This document shows, in pieces, positions 63,490 to 64,000 of a stretch of 64,000 bases of DNA. The notes under the pieces were generated by a model that saw nothing but the letters and a program-made list of their open reading frames with translations, was not told the origin of the DNA and ran no database searches. The translations under genes were made by a program, and so were the position numbers. Numbering within the stretch: the first letter of the stretch is position 1; each line of letters starts with the position of its first letter. Source of the DNA: Macrostomum lignano (lineage: Eukaryota); contig NIVC01000059.1 in NCBI GenBank assembly GCA_002269645.1, positions 1,302,001 to 1,366,000 of the forward strand. Direction: 5' to 3'.

Positions 63490-64000
<511 letters not shown>

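Overview
Eukaryotic (invertebrate metazoan) genomic DNA: GC-rich exons, GT-AG introns, AT-rich spacers. The style (almost every intron filled by its own minisatellite, long GACA microsatellites, Ser/Ala/Gln-rich low-complexity exons) suggests the flatworm Macrostomum; that assignment is my inference and was not tested. I reconstructed seven protein-coding genes by hand with phase-consistent splice sites: a prohormone-4/LDLa secreted protein (-), a KDM1B/LSD2 homolog with degenerate FAD-binding and catalytic motifs (-), GAPDH (-), MAPK15/ERK7-8 (-), HSBP1 (+, head-to-head with MAPK15), a WCPPC thioredoxin (+) and an SLC16/MCT transporter (-). Mobile DNA includes a 4.5-kb decayed hAT element with an intact 8-bp TSD, several MITEs with TSDs, a foldback-like element, tRNA-derived SINEs (one with a CORE domain), and Tc1/IS630-like and Ulp1-like remnants. 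Most long ORFs in the supplied track are translations of tandem repeats. Most interesting: the KDM1B looks like a pseudo-demethylase with a heptad-repeat insert and no obvious start codon (a trans-spliced leader could supply it), and several tandem-repeat units copy or mimic neighbouring splice signals or the stop codon.
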